From Eledone cirrhosa (Eukaryota), in assembly GCA_964016885.1 (NCBI GenBank), contig OZ024744.1, positions 77,562,001 to 77,626,000 on the forward strand: a DNA stretch of 64,000 bases, in the 5' to 3' direction. Below the pieces are notes generated by a model. It saw only the letters and a program-made list of their open reading frames with translations, searched no databases and was not told where the DNA came from. Positions 48,917 to 61,271 of the stretch are shown piece by piece; the first letter of the stretch is position 1; every line of letters begins with the position of its first letter. The position numbers and the translations under genes are program-made.

Positions 48917-49240
48917 ACTGTATTTCCCGTCCCCAAAGACGCTTCGTCCTCGAGGTAGCACTCTAATTTTGTCAACCAAAAATTTGAAAAAAATGATAAA
49001 CAACCTTCGGCCTCCAGGACGCATTGGAGATTTTTGAGACTTATTTTAGGAAAAAAGTAGCGTTTTCGACGCCGGGAAATACGGTGATATTAATTTCTCC
49101 TTCTAGAATCTCTGTGTATTTTCAATAATTGTTTTTCTAAGATATAGTTAGTGTGCTGTGAACTTACTATTACAGTTGTCCCCGTTCTAAGGAAAATTCC
49201 GCGAATAACCGGGACCGCGAATGCCGGGGGTACATTGTAT
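48917..49240. mobile_element. Two small pogo/Tigger-like MITE remnants
   Basis: TACTGTATTTCCCG..AAGACGC / GCGTTTTCG..CGGGAAATACGGT (48917-49087); TACAGTTGTCCCCG / CGGGGGTACATTGTA (49171-49239). Confidence 0.55.
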
Positions 49241-49697
49241 TCACCTGATGATGATGTTTAAATATCAAATTGCACTGCAAGTATTACCTGTAGTAGCACG
49301 TCTTCATAAAGTCACCTGTAATATCATTAAGTAGAACTAGCAGAAAAACCACCTGGTTTTCTGCTAGCATGTGTAGTGTGTATATAGATATTATACACAA
49401 ATATATATGCATGTAGATATGATACATCAAATAAAATCGTAATTGACAATATACACAGAAATTGAACAAAGCCTATGTTACACTGTCTTCTGTAATCAGT
49501 AATCCATGATATATTTTAAAAAAGACGATATTATATATAAACTGCATTAGGAGAAAATTAGCGACGGAAATATATGCGATTATAAGTGTTATAATATAAC
49601 GGCCGCTAACCGGAAGTGTTGACATTTGATAATTTTAAAGAATTGAATTTTAAAGATCTTTAAATAAGCTACAAAATATATTTAATCACCAGCGCCT

Positions 49698-50360
49698 ATG
49701 GTGGTAAGTAGGGTGGTAGCCCCAGGGACAAGGACACCAGAAGTCTCCACTGCCAAGGGCACAACCGCGAACCTGCCAGGGAGCGACCGATACTTGGAGA
49801 GTTTGGCCTCTTCCGCCCGACATGCAGCAGTACCTTGGTTAGTCGCAGACTGCACCAGGTTGCGACTGGAGAAAGTGTCGCTGCAAGTGGCATCCTAGAC
49901 GAGAGGTTTGCCACCGCGGAACGGGAAGATGGTCATACCGCCTGCCTTTTGCCGTACCCTCGGTTCAGCCCCACTGGCTCGAGCTGGGAGGGGAAGCCTG
50001 CAGTGTCCAAGCCATGCTTTATAACCTCGTTGAGGGCAGCATGGCGTGGAAGATGACCGGTACTGTGGCGACAGGAAAGCGAGTTGATGCCGAAAGAGTC
50101 CACGATGGATCCACAGCGACATTTATGTGGCTCCGGAGTCCAAGCCTCAAGGAAACGCCGGTGTGCAGGCTATCGTTATCCGGCTGCGTGTCAGTGGAGA
50201 ATGAGGGTAAGGCATGGAGCCAAGCACCACTGTGGGGTTGGAAGCCGCGCAAAAACAGGCAAGGCGGTGCTAGTCGAGCTGGCGGGTGAGCTTGTCTGAA
50301 GCCAGGCTGCACTGGATGGCCTCCCAAGTCCTTTGGAGGGACATATCCTCTTAGCTTCGT
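49698..50360 (-). pseudogene. CRE-like non-LTR retrotransposon C-terminal (RLE) fragment
   Basis: GC-rich; HSGAWLHALP..VSLRLGL, then degenerate cysteine motif and G.T.FPF..GKPLV.DAT..DT..KYRSL..LAVETSG. Confidence 0.7.
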
Positions 50361-50618
50361 ATGGACGAATAATAACACGCGCGCGTGCATACGCACGCGC
50401 ACACGTATAGCTCTATGTATAAAAAGTTTTTTTTTAATATTTCAGGTAGATGCGCTCCATCATCCACTTTTCTAAAAAAAATTAAATCATACACAAAACG
50501 CCAACATCAACAGTTTTCCAAGAGATGGCAACATGAATGGACCTGTTATTTTTCTCTAAAAACATTTTTTCTGATTCCGCCCCGCCCGTCCCTTCAACCT
50601 TTCTAATTTCTCAATCTT

Positions 50619-50654
50619 TCTTCTGATGAAGGACTAGCGTCTGAAACGTTAAGA
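50619..50654 (+). ncRNA. Minimal hammerhead-like motif (pLTR remnant)
   Basis: TCTT CTGATGA AGGAC-TAGC-GTCT GAAAC GTT AAGA; helix I TCTT/AAGA. Confidence 0.65.
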
Positions 50655-50841
50655 CCCTTTTCCTGCTAATTCAAGCGTTAACCTAATATATTCCATATAC
50701 TGTACCGATTGTGTTGTTATTTCTGTTTACCTTTTATACATATCATCATCATTATCATCATCATTTTACGTCCGCTTTTCCCTGCTTGCAAGGGTGGGAC
50801 GAATCCTATCCAGCACAGCATCTCTCCAAGTATACACACAC

Positions 50842-50918
<77 letters not shown>

Positions 50919-50999
50919 CATACATACATACATACATACATACATACATACATACATACATACATACATACATACATACATACATACATACATACATAC

Positions 51000-51500
51000 T
51001 AGCGGCTAATATAATATCAAAGATTAGCGAAAAGGAGAATATTTATGCAGAACTGATGAGAAATCTGCAGATACTCCACCCTGATTACACCTACAGATTT
51101 ATGCCTGTGATTATTGGGGCACTGGGGTATGTTAGTAACTGCCTCAATACAAATCTTGAGAAGCTTGGCTTCACAGGAACAGAAAGAACACAACTAGTTA
51201 GGAAATGTCAAGTACAATCCATTAATGGAACAGTAAAAATATGTAAAACATTCCAAAAAATTTGCATCTAATAACTGCATATACACATGTACAGATACAA
51301 AGCATATACACATGCACACATACAACTCAAAACATACACATCCACACATACAATAACATCCATATCTACACATGCATGCAGACATGCATATCAACCTAGT
51401 TGATGTTGTGTAAATTCCAATGAGAGAGTCTTGTGTCTATGTTAGAAACCGACTCTTTCTCTATTGGTAAAACTTTGTGAAATTATAAAACCAGAAGAAC
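51000..51500 (+). mobile_element. R4/Dong-like family B 3' end
   Basis: [45 protein letters not shown]; flanked by (CATA)n; same family at 62492-62920 and 53625-53800. Confidence 0.85.
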
Positions 51501-51559
51501 ATACATACATACATACATACATACATACATACATACATACATACATACATACATACATA

Positions 51560-52172
51560 CATGGTGGCTGCCAACTCGTTTTCGAGTACGGCCACTACTT
51601 TATATCCATGTAGGAGAACCCCCACCGATGGGCTGAACGAGTGTGACTTTTTAGTCCAGCCAGCGACTTGAAAACTCTGGTACAAACACTACACTTGTGA
51701 CAATTATTAACACATAGTGCTGGGCCCTTGGTACCATGTAACGACAAGTGCAGAGAGATCTCCAGATATAAAGCAATGCCTGTGCCGTGAAGCTTTTATA
51801 GTGAGCAAAGGCACTGCACAAAGCCAGTCCCACTCTCTTAACCAAGATGATATTTACCAAAAAGAAGAACAAGTCAACATCATTGGATACCATCAGGGTT
51901 GCAGGTGTTATATCAGAGTTTTCCTTCTCGTAGAATTCTGCCTTGACAAAGGCTAAGGGGTCATCTCTCCCGGTGATTTTGGATGACCATTGACTCTTAA
52001 GAGCTCCTTTTACCCTTTGACAGATTTTGTTTTTAGTCCTGCAGGATGTCCAAAGTCACCCTCCTCACCAAGAAACCTTGGTGGGGTTGCCAGTTTAGTC
52101 GCCAACGACCCGACCATGAGACAGGTTGTACTGGGATACATGTTACCAGTAGCACCAACTGGTGACCTGACA
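51560..52172 (-). mobile_element. Non-autonomous RTE-derived element, complete copy
   Basis: Homologous to 13104-13714; (CATA)n on both sides. Confidence 0.88.
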
Positions 52173-52261
52173 TACGTACATACATTACATACATACATAC
52201 ATATGTGTGTGTGTGTGTGTGTGTGTGTTATGTTATTAATAACTCTGGACTGGACACATAC

Positions 52262-52359
<98 letters not shown>

Positions 52360-52637
52360 AATATCTCTGAACTGGAGAGTTAACTCTTGGTAAATGCCCC
52401 ACAAAGCCAAGAAACGTTTCAGAAATGTTGTTAAAGGCAACTTGAAGATATTTAGTATTAGTGTCTCGGATTGGATGTAAAAACAAGGAAGAGAATGGAT
52501 CTGGTTGGAGAAATCTGGTTTATAATAGTTGTAGTGACGTTGAGAGTAAAAGGATTAAGCATTCAGTGTATAAAATAGCACTTAGGAAAGCTGACGTAGA
52601 TTCAGTCCCGGCGGATATCCAGTCGGATCATAATAAT

Positions 52638-52762
52638 AATAATTGTTTCTACTTTAGGCACAAGGCCAGCAATTACTCAGTACATTACTGGTACTTTATT
52701 TTATCGACCCCGTAAGGATGGAAGGCAGAGTTAACCTCGGCGGGATTTGAACTCAGACTGTA
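52638..52762 (-). mobile_element. tRNA-derived SINE, family 1, partial
   Basis: Core and B box in reverse. Confidence 0.8.
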
Positions 52763-52799
52763 ATCACAAGTGTATATATAGAACATAGGGTAATGTACA

Positions 52800-53140
52800 A
52801 ACGTCAGGAAAATGAACAGTGCATGAGTCATGATATACACATGTGTATGGAAGGGGGACATCAGGTGAAGTTTTGGCGAATTTCAGGAAGCATGAGGGTT
52901 TTAAAGGATGCAGTGTCTCGGCAGCTAACAACTGACGCAGGCGGTTTGTTCCATGCTTCAGCAACTCTAAGCGTGAAAAAATGTTTTCGAAAGTCATGGG
53001 AGCTGTGCTGTTTTCTGACTTTGTAGGCATGTCCACGTGTGTTAGACACATGGAGATCAAAAAGGTGCTCAGGGTGTTGGCGAGGTGGTTAATAACTTTG
53101 TGGGTAAAAATTTGTGAAATTATAATCATATCTGTAGCAT
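52800..53140 (-). pseudogene. CR1-group LINE 3' fragment
   Basis: NTRGHAYKVRKQHSSHDFRKHFFTLRVAEAWNKPPASVV..FK: the TRGH..FF..RV...WN.LP motif. Confidence 0.85.
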
Positions 53141-53199
53141 CTGATCTGAGGAAAGGTTGTTGCTTCTCGTGCTAAACTTGCTAGTCATTCAATAGCTCG

Positions 53200-53506
53200 C
53201 GCAATTATGAATACTAGAGCGGTTATGTTGATGTCCTCCATGAAAGATCTACGGGATATTTGTGTCAGTTTCAGAACAAAAATTGTAGGTCAGTTGCTGC
53301 TGGACTGAAGCGGCACATGAGTATGCATAAGAAACAAGTTACATTCGAGACTATCCAAAGGCCTTATATGTGTGTCACATTTTTTAAAAAAAACGTATGC
53401 AGGAGCGTGTCAGGTTTTGCAGAGTCATTTTGGGGCCCATGGTTGTTCAGTACAACGTTGGAGATGGAGAAATAATCCTCTTCTGTAAAGAAGTAACAGT
53501 TATCAT
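53200..53506 (+). pseudogene. Old RTE-like 3' end with C2H2 remnants
   Basis: CQFQNKNCRSVAAGLKRHMSMH..CRSVSG; stem-loop CTTC-TGTAAA-GAAG, then TATG-like tail. Confidence 0.55.
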
Positions 53507-53529
53507 ATATGCATATATGTATTTATGTA

Positions 53530-53560
<31 letters not shown>

Positions 53561-53624
53561 GTATGTATGTATGCATATATGTATGTATGCATGTATGTGT
53601 GTGTATGTATATGTATGTATGTAT

Positions 53625-54008
53625 GTTCTTCTGGTTTTATAAATTCACAAATGTTTGCCAATAGAGAGAGAGAGAGTCGGTGTCTAACATAGACACAAGA
53701 CTCTCTCATTGGAAGAATTTACATAACATCAACTTGGTAGATATGTATGTATGTCTGCATGCATGTGTGTGCAGGTATGGATGCTATTGTATGTGTGTAT
53801 GTGTATGTATCGATGTATGTATGTATCTATGTTATCTGTTTCTCTTAATTTCGAGTATATTTTTTTGACCGGCCACCTGCCTGGTGGCAAGGTTGTAAAA
53901 GAAATGAAATTGTCATCCCTTGAATCGCAAGAATGTTTTGCAAATTTTGAAGGCGCCAGCTATCGCAGCCATTTGTAGACTATGAATTAGGGAGCTGTGC
54001 TCTTTGTC
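53625..54008 (-). mobile_element. Tandem 3' ends of R4/Dong-like family A (53840-54008) and family B (53625-53800)
   Basis: Match 19020-19185 and 51330-51500 respectively. Confidence 0.85.
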
Positions 54009-54199
54009 CGTATGTATGTATGTATGGATGTATGTATGTATGTGTGTATGAATGTATGCATGCATGTGTGTGTATGTATGGAAGTATGTATGGATGGATG
54101 GGTGTGTGTATGTATGTATGTTGCTGCTGCTGTTGTTACTACTGTCGTTGCTACTGCTGTTGCTGTTGTTGCTGCTGCGGTTGCTGCTGCTGCTGTTGT

Positions 54200-54545
54200 T
54201 TAGCTACAGGTTAATTCTGAACGAGTAGATCTAACATCACAGCTATACCAGCTGTGTCGACCTGTTCATTTCCAGTAGGCCAAACAACCTCTCGGGGCTC
54301 ACACATGCGGGAGGCCAACTCCGCCCCGATAGCAGTGAGTAGGGATGTGGTTCGGGGGTCAAGAACGCCGGAAGTTTCCACTGTTAAAAGCTCTACCACA
54401 AACCTATCCAACAGCGGTTGATACTAGGACAGTTTGCCCTTTTTGGTTTGGTGGGCAGCAGAGCCTTGGTAGCAGAAGGCACCATGTTGCCACTTGAGTA
54501 GGTGTCACAGCATGTGGCATTCCAGATGAAGGGCCTACCCTTGCA
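54200..54545 (-). pseudogene. CRE-like RLE fragment
   Basis: GRPFIWNATCCDTY .. FVVELLTVETSGVLDPRTTSLL..IG. Confidence 0.65.
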
Positions 54546-54673
54546 GAATAAATTGTACTACAAATGTTATTAAAACGGGGATAAAATACCCAATTTTAAC
54601 CCTTTATCATTTACATTACTCTATATTTAATATTATATTTAGTATTATATTTAGTATTATATTTGGCAGTGAA

Positions 54674-54862
54674 GGCGGTGGATGGGCGGTATCGGTAGAG
54701 GGTTGGACGCCATGCTTTCCAGCATAGTTACGTCCCTTTACAGTCTGAGTTCAAATCCCGCCAAGGTTAACTTTGCCTTTCATCCTTACGGGGTCGATAA
54801 AATAAAGTAGCAGTAATGTACTGGGTAATTGCTGGCCTTGTGCCTAAAGTAGAAACAATTAT
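54674..54862 (+). mobile_element. tRNA-derived SINE, family 1
   Basis: Full length with boxes and core. Confidence 0.88.
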
Positions 54863-55149
54863 ATTTTCACAGTAAAGACTTTACCTCACATAATTATCTC
54901 ACATAATATCGAATCTACGAGATTTTGATATTATTTATTTTGAGAACAATACCTTAACATAAGTATGAGCAGCTGGTTTGAACAGAAAGAATTGAGAGAA
55001 TTCTGGCCGGAAACGGCCGGTTTAAATGCCAAAGGATTTAGGGAAATTGTTCTACCGCGGGCCATAGAAGAGTAGTTTTCATGCCACGTGCGGCCCCGTA
55101 GACGGTGTGTTTGAGGCATCTGTCTGTCCTCGTTTGCTTGTGGTGTCTG

Positions 55150-55463
55150 ATAATTTATGTGAATATATGTATGTGTATGAATGTGTGAATATCTCTGTGT
55201 GGGGATGTGGTGTTTAAGTATGTGTGTGTGAATATGTATGTATGAATATATGCATGAATATGTCTGCATAAATATGTGTGTATGAATATGTGTATATTGT
55301 GTATGTATGATGTATGTGAATATGACGGGGGGGGGGTTATTGTGTATGCCTAAGTGTCCATGTGTGTGTGTAAGTGTGTGTGTGTGTGTGTAGATGTGTG
55401 TTTGTGAATACGGTGGTATTGTAAGAATGTATGGACATCTTATAAATATGGGAGTGTGATAAA

Positions 55464-55514
<51 letters not shown>

Positions 55515-57880
55515 TATAAGTGTGTGTGTGTGTGTGTGTGAATGACTGCGGTAGTATAAAAGGACATATAAGCATCTAGAAATATGTGAGAGTGATAAAA
55601 GTGTTGTGTGTGTATCTGTGTGCGTGTGTGCGGGGACAAGAGAGTGTGCGAATGTGTGTATATAAATGTGTGTGTGTGTGTATCTGTGTACGTGTGTGCA
55701 TGAACAAGAGAGCGTATATATGTGTATTGTGTGTATGTGTGTGAATCACTATGGTAATACGTAAGAATGTATGAGCAACTGTAAATATGAGTGTTATAAA
55801 AAGTGTGTGCGTATATGTGTATGTGTATATGAGTGTGTGTGTATCTGTGTACATGCGTGTGTGGACAAGAGAGTGTATGAATGTGTGTATATATATATGT
55901 ATAGGTGTGTGCGCATATGTATGCATGTGTGCGTGGACAAGAGAGTGTATGAATGTGTGTATATATGTATATGAGTGTGTGTGTATTCGTTTGTGTGTGC
56001 GTATATATATGTGCGTATGTGTGTGAATGACTATGGTAATACGTAAGAATGTATGAGCAACTGTAAATATGAGTGTGATAAAAGGTGTGTGTGTGTGTGT
56101 ATTTATGTGTGTGTGTTCTGTGTGTGTGTGTTGGCGTGAGCAAGAGAGTGTACGAATGTGTATATATAAGTGTATATATGTGTATGAGAGTGTGTGTTCG
56201 TTTGTGTGTATATGTGTGCGTATGTGTGTGTGCGTGAGCAAGAGTATTTACGAATGTGTGTATATAAGTGTATGAGTGTGCGTGTTCATTTGCGCGTGTG
56301 AGTGTTTGTGTGCGTGTGTCTATATGTGTGCGTGTGTGTGCATACTCGTGTGTGCGTGAATGACTTTATGTAAGTAATGTGTAAGTACGTATGAGCAACT
56401 GTAAATACAGAAGTGTGATAAAATGTGTGTGTACGTGTATGTATATGTGTGTGCGTGTCGCTGTGTGCTTGTGTGAGTGTCGTTGTGTGCCTGTGTCTGT
56501 GTGTCGTTGTGTGCTTGTGTGTGTATGTGTGTGTGTGTGTGTAGTTGTGTGCCTGTGTATCTATGTGTGTGGGTGTTGTGTGCGTCTCTCTGTGTATGCG
56601 TGTGTGTGTGTATCTTTGTGTGTGTGTGTGTGTGTGTATCACTGTGTATGTGTGTGTGTATCTCTGTGTATATATATCTGTGTGTATCTCTGTGTATGTG
56701 TATGTATGTGTGTGTGTATGTTATTGTGCAAGACAGTATTATTACATGACTATGTCTATGACTAGGTAAAAAACATATGATTGTTTGTTGTGTGTTGTTT
56801 GTTGTGCCGTGTGTTGTGTGTTGCGTGTTGTGTGTTATGTGTTGTGTTGTGTGTTGTGTGTTGTGTATTGTGTTCTGTGTTGTGTGTTGTGTGTTGTGTG
56901 TTGTGTGATGTGTGTTATGTGTTGTGTTGTGTGTTGTGTGTTATGGGTTGTGTTTTGTGTTGTGTTATGTATTGTGTCGTGTGTTGTTTGTTGTGTGTTA
57001 TGTATTGTGTTGTGTGTTGTGTCATGTGTTGTGTGTTGTGTGCTGTGTGTTATGTGTTGTGTCATGTGTTGTGTCATGTGTTGTGTCATGTGTTGTGTGT
57101 TGTGTGTTATGTGTTGTGTCATATGTTGTGTGGTGTGTGTTATGTGTTGTATTGTGTTGTGAGTTATGTGATGTGTTGTGTGTTGTGTGTTGTGTGTTGT
57201 GTGTTGTGTGTTGTGTGTTGTGTGTTGTGTGTTATGTGTTGTGTCGTGTGTTGTGCGTTGTGTGTTGTGTCGAGTGTTGTGTGTTATGTGTTGTGTCGTG
57301 TGTTGTGTGTTATGTGTTATGTGTTATGTGTTGTGTCGTGTGTTGTGTGTTGTGTGTATTGTGCGGTGTGTTGTACGTTGTGTGTTATATGTTGTGTGTT
57401 GTGTGAGCAACTGTAAATATGAGTGTGATAAAAAGTGTATGTGTATATGTGTATGTGTATATGTGTGTGTGTGTATCTGTGTACGTGTGTGCGTGGACAA
57501 GAAGAGAGCGTACGAATGTGTGTATATATGTATAGATGTGTGCTTGTGTATTGTGTGTTGTGTGTATTGTGTGTTATGTGTTGTGTGTATTGTGTTATGT
57601 GTTATGTGTTGTGTGTAGTGTGTTATGTGTATTGTGTATGCTGTTACATGTTTGTGTGTTGTGTATTATGTATTGTGTGTGTTGTGTATGCTGTTACACG
57701 CTTGTGCGTTGTGTATTATGTATTGTGTGTGTTATGTATTATGTATTGTGTGTGTTGTGTATGCTGTTACATGCTTGTGTGTTGTGTATTACGTATTGTG
57801 TGTGTTGGGTATGCCTGTTACATGCTTGTGTGTTGTGTATTATGTATTGTGTGTGTTGTGGATGCTGTTACATGCTTAGA
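55150..57880. repeat. TG-rich composite minisatellite including (TGTGTTG)n array at about 56780-57400
   Basis: Recurring anchor GAGCAACTGTAAATA at about 55773, 56055, 56393 and 57405, plus repeated GACAAGAGAG and TGCTGTTACATG. Confidence 0.9.
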
Positions 57881-58222
57881 GTTTAGAAAGTAAACATGTC
57901 TGTACTGGGAAAACAAACAGAAGCCGTAGGAAGTTCGTAATGATGGCTGCAATAGATAGATATTACAGACCGGATATATTAGGTTGTATTGGTTGGTTGG
58001 TCGGTTAGTTGTTACAAGGAAAATAGTTTGACTGATAGCAATGACGTAAACGTTAACCTGTGTTGGTGTTAGCTCTTCTTCTTCTTCTTCTTCTTCTTCT
58101 TCTTCTTCTTCTTCTTCTTCTTCTTTGTTTTGTTGTTGTTGTTGTTGTTGGTGGTGGTAGTGGTGGTGATAGTGGTGGCGGAAGTAAATGTGATTGTAAG
58201 CGTCCGTATGTTTTTGATTTGT

Positions 58223-58295
<73 letters not shown>

Positions 58296-58297
58296 CA

Positions 58298-58550
58298 CAA
58301 TATTTTTAATAAATGGAAACTATGTTTATAAAACCATAATTATTTTATATACATTTCAACGGCAACCAAGACAAATTTTGGTGCGCTTTCATCAGATAAA
58401 ATACAAAATTTGTTTTATAAATGTTGACATACCCGTATTGTATTTTATCTGATGAAAGCGCACCATAATTTGCCTTGGTTGCCCTTGAAATATATATAAT
58501 AAAATAATTATGGTTTTATAAATATAGTTTCCATTTATTAATATATTGTA
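58298..58550. mobile_element. Fold-back element of two inverted hammerhead-bearing arms (same family as 7251-7576)
   Basis: About 110-bp arms; intact hammerhead on plus, copy lacking 3 nt around the cleavage site on minus (58341-58402). Confidence 0.8.
58441..58506 (+). ncRNA. Type I hammerhead ribozyme
   Basis: TATTTTAT CTGATGA AAGCGCACCA..TGGTTGCCCTT GAAA TATAT ATA ATAAAATA. Confidence 0.78.
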
Positions 58551-58649
58551 TATTTACTCCAGTGGCTGTTGAGTGCTTTATATCAGTTATAAAACTTTTA
58601 AGCTTGTTGAATCCCAACAAATTAAATATAACTTTTGCATATATATATA

Positions 58650-58733
<84 letters not shown>

Positions 58734-58801
58734 CATATATATATATACATATATATGTGAGCATGTGTTTGTGCACATATGTGCGTATGTATATATATGT
58801 G

Positions 58802-58842
<41 letters not shown>

Positions 58843-58847
<5 letters not shown>

Positions 58848-58958
58848 AACGAGTAGGACCCCGACGGCTGAGCTCAAGCCGTTTCGACGGCTAATTCTGG
58901 ACTGAATTAGCCGTCGGAACGGCTTGAGCTCAGCCGTCGGGGTCCTACTCGTTCCTAT
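58843..58958. repeat. GC-rich near-perfect 55-bp inverted repeat
   Basis: Arms 58843-58897 and 58904-58958, one T/G mismatch, 6-nt loop. Confidence 0.92.
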
Positions 58959-59101
58959 TACCCACTCTACTACCCTAAGTATTGAGTACTTTGGTGCGTT
59001 ATGGTCCACCTGGTTCCTTACCACATTTCCTTCGTTATATATATATATATAAAATAAAGTTAAATAAAAGTCAAATGATTAAAATTTAGCTTCGTTTATT
59101 A

Positions 59102-59154
59102 CTGCTATATATATTTCAGTGACAGCCATCTTTGGCTGTGACCTCTTCAGGCAG
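59102..59154 (-). ncRNA. Type I hammerhead ribozyme (3' pLTR)
   Basis: CTGC CTGAAGA GGTCACAGCCA-AAGA-TGGCTGTCACT GAAA TATAT ATA GCAG. Confidence 0.85.
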
Positions 59155-60357
59155 TTTGAATTAGTATGGTATAGACAAGTACATATGTTGTTTAGGTGTA
59201 TGATATTGTCAATACTCTGATATGCCCAGTTCCTTGTTGGGTTGTTAATTCACTGGGGAAATGGAGTCATATGAATTCAAACAAACGAATTTTCGTGTCA
59301 CAGGTCCCCTTCTCCTCTCATTGGTCAGTTATTAGAACATTCTTCATTCTAAGTGTTGTTATTGTTGGAGTTAGCTTAAAAATTGATAAAATGGTAGAAG
59401 GGACAAGGTGTTGAAGGAACAAAATATCAAAAAATGTGTCAAACTTCCCATTGTTCAGTTCTGAGAGCATTCCTCAGTCAGAAGTCTATAGAATTCTTTC
59501 TGGGGTGAGGCTCCCTGTAGTGTTTTTGCCTGCTATTGTTCAGTACATTTGACCTCCACCATTATTTTGGTACTGTTGTTGTTGTAGTGGTCAGCTTATA
59601 TCTTGCTGCTGCTAACAATTTAGAAGTATCCAGTTTGTTTGTGTTTTCTCTTCCTCCCACCCGCCACCATCGTAGTGGTGGTGGTGGGGGGGGGGGGGTT
59701 CTTTCATGTATATGAAGAAATATAAGGCAATAAATGAAGAAAACAGAAAATAAATAATATAATAAAATAAAATAATTAATATAATTTGTGTAATTTGAAA
59801 ATAAATAAATAAATAGAGAATAAAGAATAAAGAGTAAATGAGAGATTGGTGAAAAAGTAATGATAATGTATATGGAGAAGTGAGAAATAATGTAGGATAA
59901 AGTGTGTGTGTGTGTGTGCTACAACCAATCTCAAGGTCAGAATATGTTGGATAGATTGGTATGATACAAGATGTTAAGATGAGATATTCAATGTGTTTGT
60001 GTTATAATCTATCTCAACTTAAAATAAATATAAGGTGATACAGTGAAGAGGGCAGAAAACAAATAAATTAATAAAGAGAAATCAAGATTTAAGATTGGAA
60101 CTTTAAAGTCAGAAATCTGGTAAATTAAAAGTGTTTGTGTTATAGATGTTGGCCAGATTATTATGGCTGTGTCCGATTCTATCTCTAGGCTATCATGGTG
60201 TCTGCTCCGCCTGGGTTGTTCCCTATGGCTTGAGGGGAGTTCACAACCTAGGGTGTTGTAATTGCCCATATAGCTTGAGGGAGGTCTGGCCGAGAGGTGT
60301 TTTCATGTTCTGTAGAAGTCCCTATAGCTTGAGGGGAGTTCACATCTTCTTGTGTTG

Positions 60358-60924
60358 CTACTGTCCATATATTTTGAGAAAGGTCCCGGCTCTAAGGTGT
60401 CTGCATGTCCCGAAGAAGTCGGTTCTGAGGTTTATCAGGCCGCTTCCACCTCTTAGTATCTCGAGGGTCTCGTTCAGGCATAGTTTGCATATGCAAGATC
60501 CCCCTTTATCGGGTGGTACTTTCCTGATTATGTACCAGGCCAGAGAGTATGGGGTCCTGTCCAGCTTAAGCTTCCAGATCAGGTCGGAGAGAGCTGTGCT
60601 TTTCCTTTTGGCCTCCTTCTTGAATGAATGGCGATGGTTGTACCAGCGGTCCTTAAAGCTCGTTGATGTGGCTCCTATGTAGAGGTGTTCGGAGTTGGGG
60701 GTTTTAACCCTACAACCGTACACTATGTTCCTCTTGAGACATTCATTACCAAGGGGGCATGATTCGGGGTTTCTACAGTTGCAAAGGGTGGTCGGCCTCT
60801 GCGTGCCTAGATTAGGGTTCTCATTATGTGTTACATGTTGGTCTTCCCCCATGCTCGGTGGGGGGTCCTTGGGTCTGTTTGTGTTTCTTGGGTGGGCTCT
60901 GGGTCCCCCCTTCCCTCCTTTCAC
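60358..60924 (-). pseudogene. GIY-YIG endonuclease domain of Naiad-type PLE (RT missing)
   Basis: CNCRNPESCPLGNECLKRNIVY..LYIGAT..FKDRWYNHRHSF..STALS..WYII..CKLCLNE..LINLR..CRH. Confidence 0.9.
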
Positions 60925-60953
60925 ATGGTTCTGCTGAGTGTTTGTATTGCCAT

Positions 60954-61006
60954 CTGCCTGAAGAGGTCACAGCCAAAGATGGTTGTCACTGAAATATATA
61001 TAGCAG
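60954..61006 (+). ncRNA. Type I hammerhead ribozyme (inverted 5' pLTR)
   Basis: Same as 59102-59154 with one C->T that gives a G-U pair in helix II. Confidence 0.85.
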
Positions 61007-61153
61007 TAATAAACGAAGCTAAATTTTAATCATTTGACTTTTATTTAACTTTATTTTACACTACTCCGGAGTAACCAAACCAACCTGCGCACTTCGTCGA
61101 GTGCTCCAGCCTGCATACTGAGGTGTTGGTATACAACCAACATAAACTCAAAA

Positions 61154-61257
<104 letters not shown>

Positions 61258-61271
61258 CATATATGTGTATA

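Larger units (their letters stand above)
59050..61058 (-). mobile_element. 5'-truncated Naiad-type Penelope-like element with inverted 105-bp pLTR copies
   Basis: 59050-59154 is the reverse complement of 60954-61058 (1 mismatch seen); GIY-YIG ORF between them. Confidence 0.9.

Noticed and set aside
49245-49275. Hammerhead at CTGATGATGATG
   Set aside because: No GAAA box or helix I/III.
55770-57435. CRISPR-like repeat-spacer pattern
   Set aside because: Spacers are hundreds of bases of TG microsatellite, context is eukaryotic, no cas genes.
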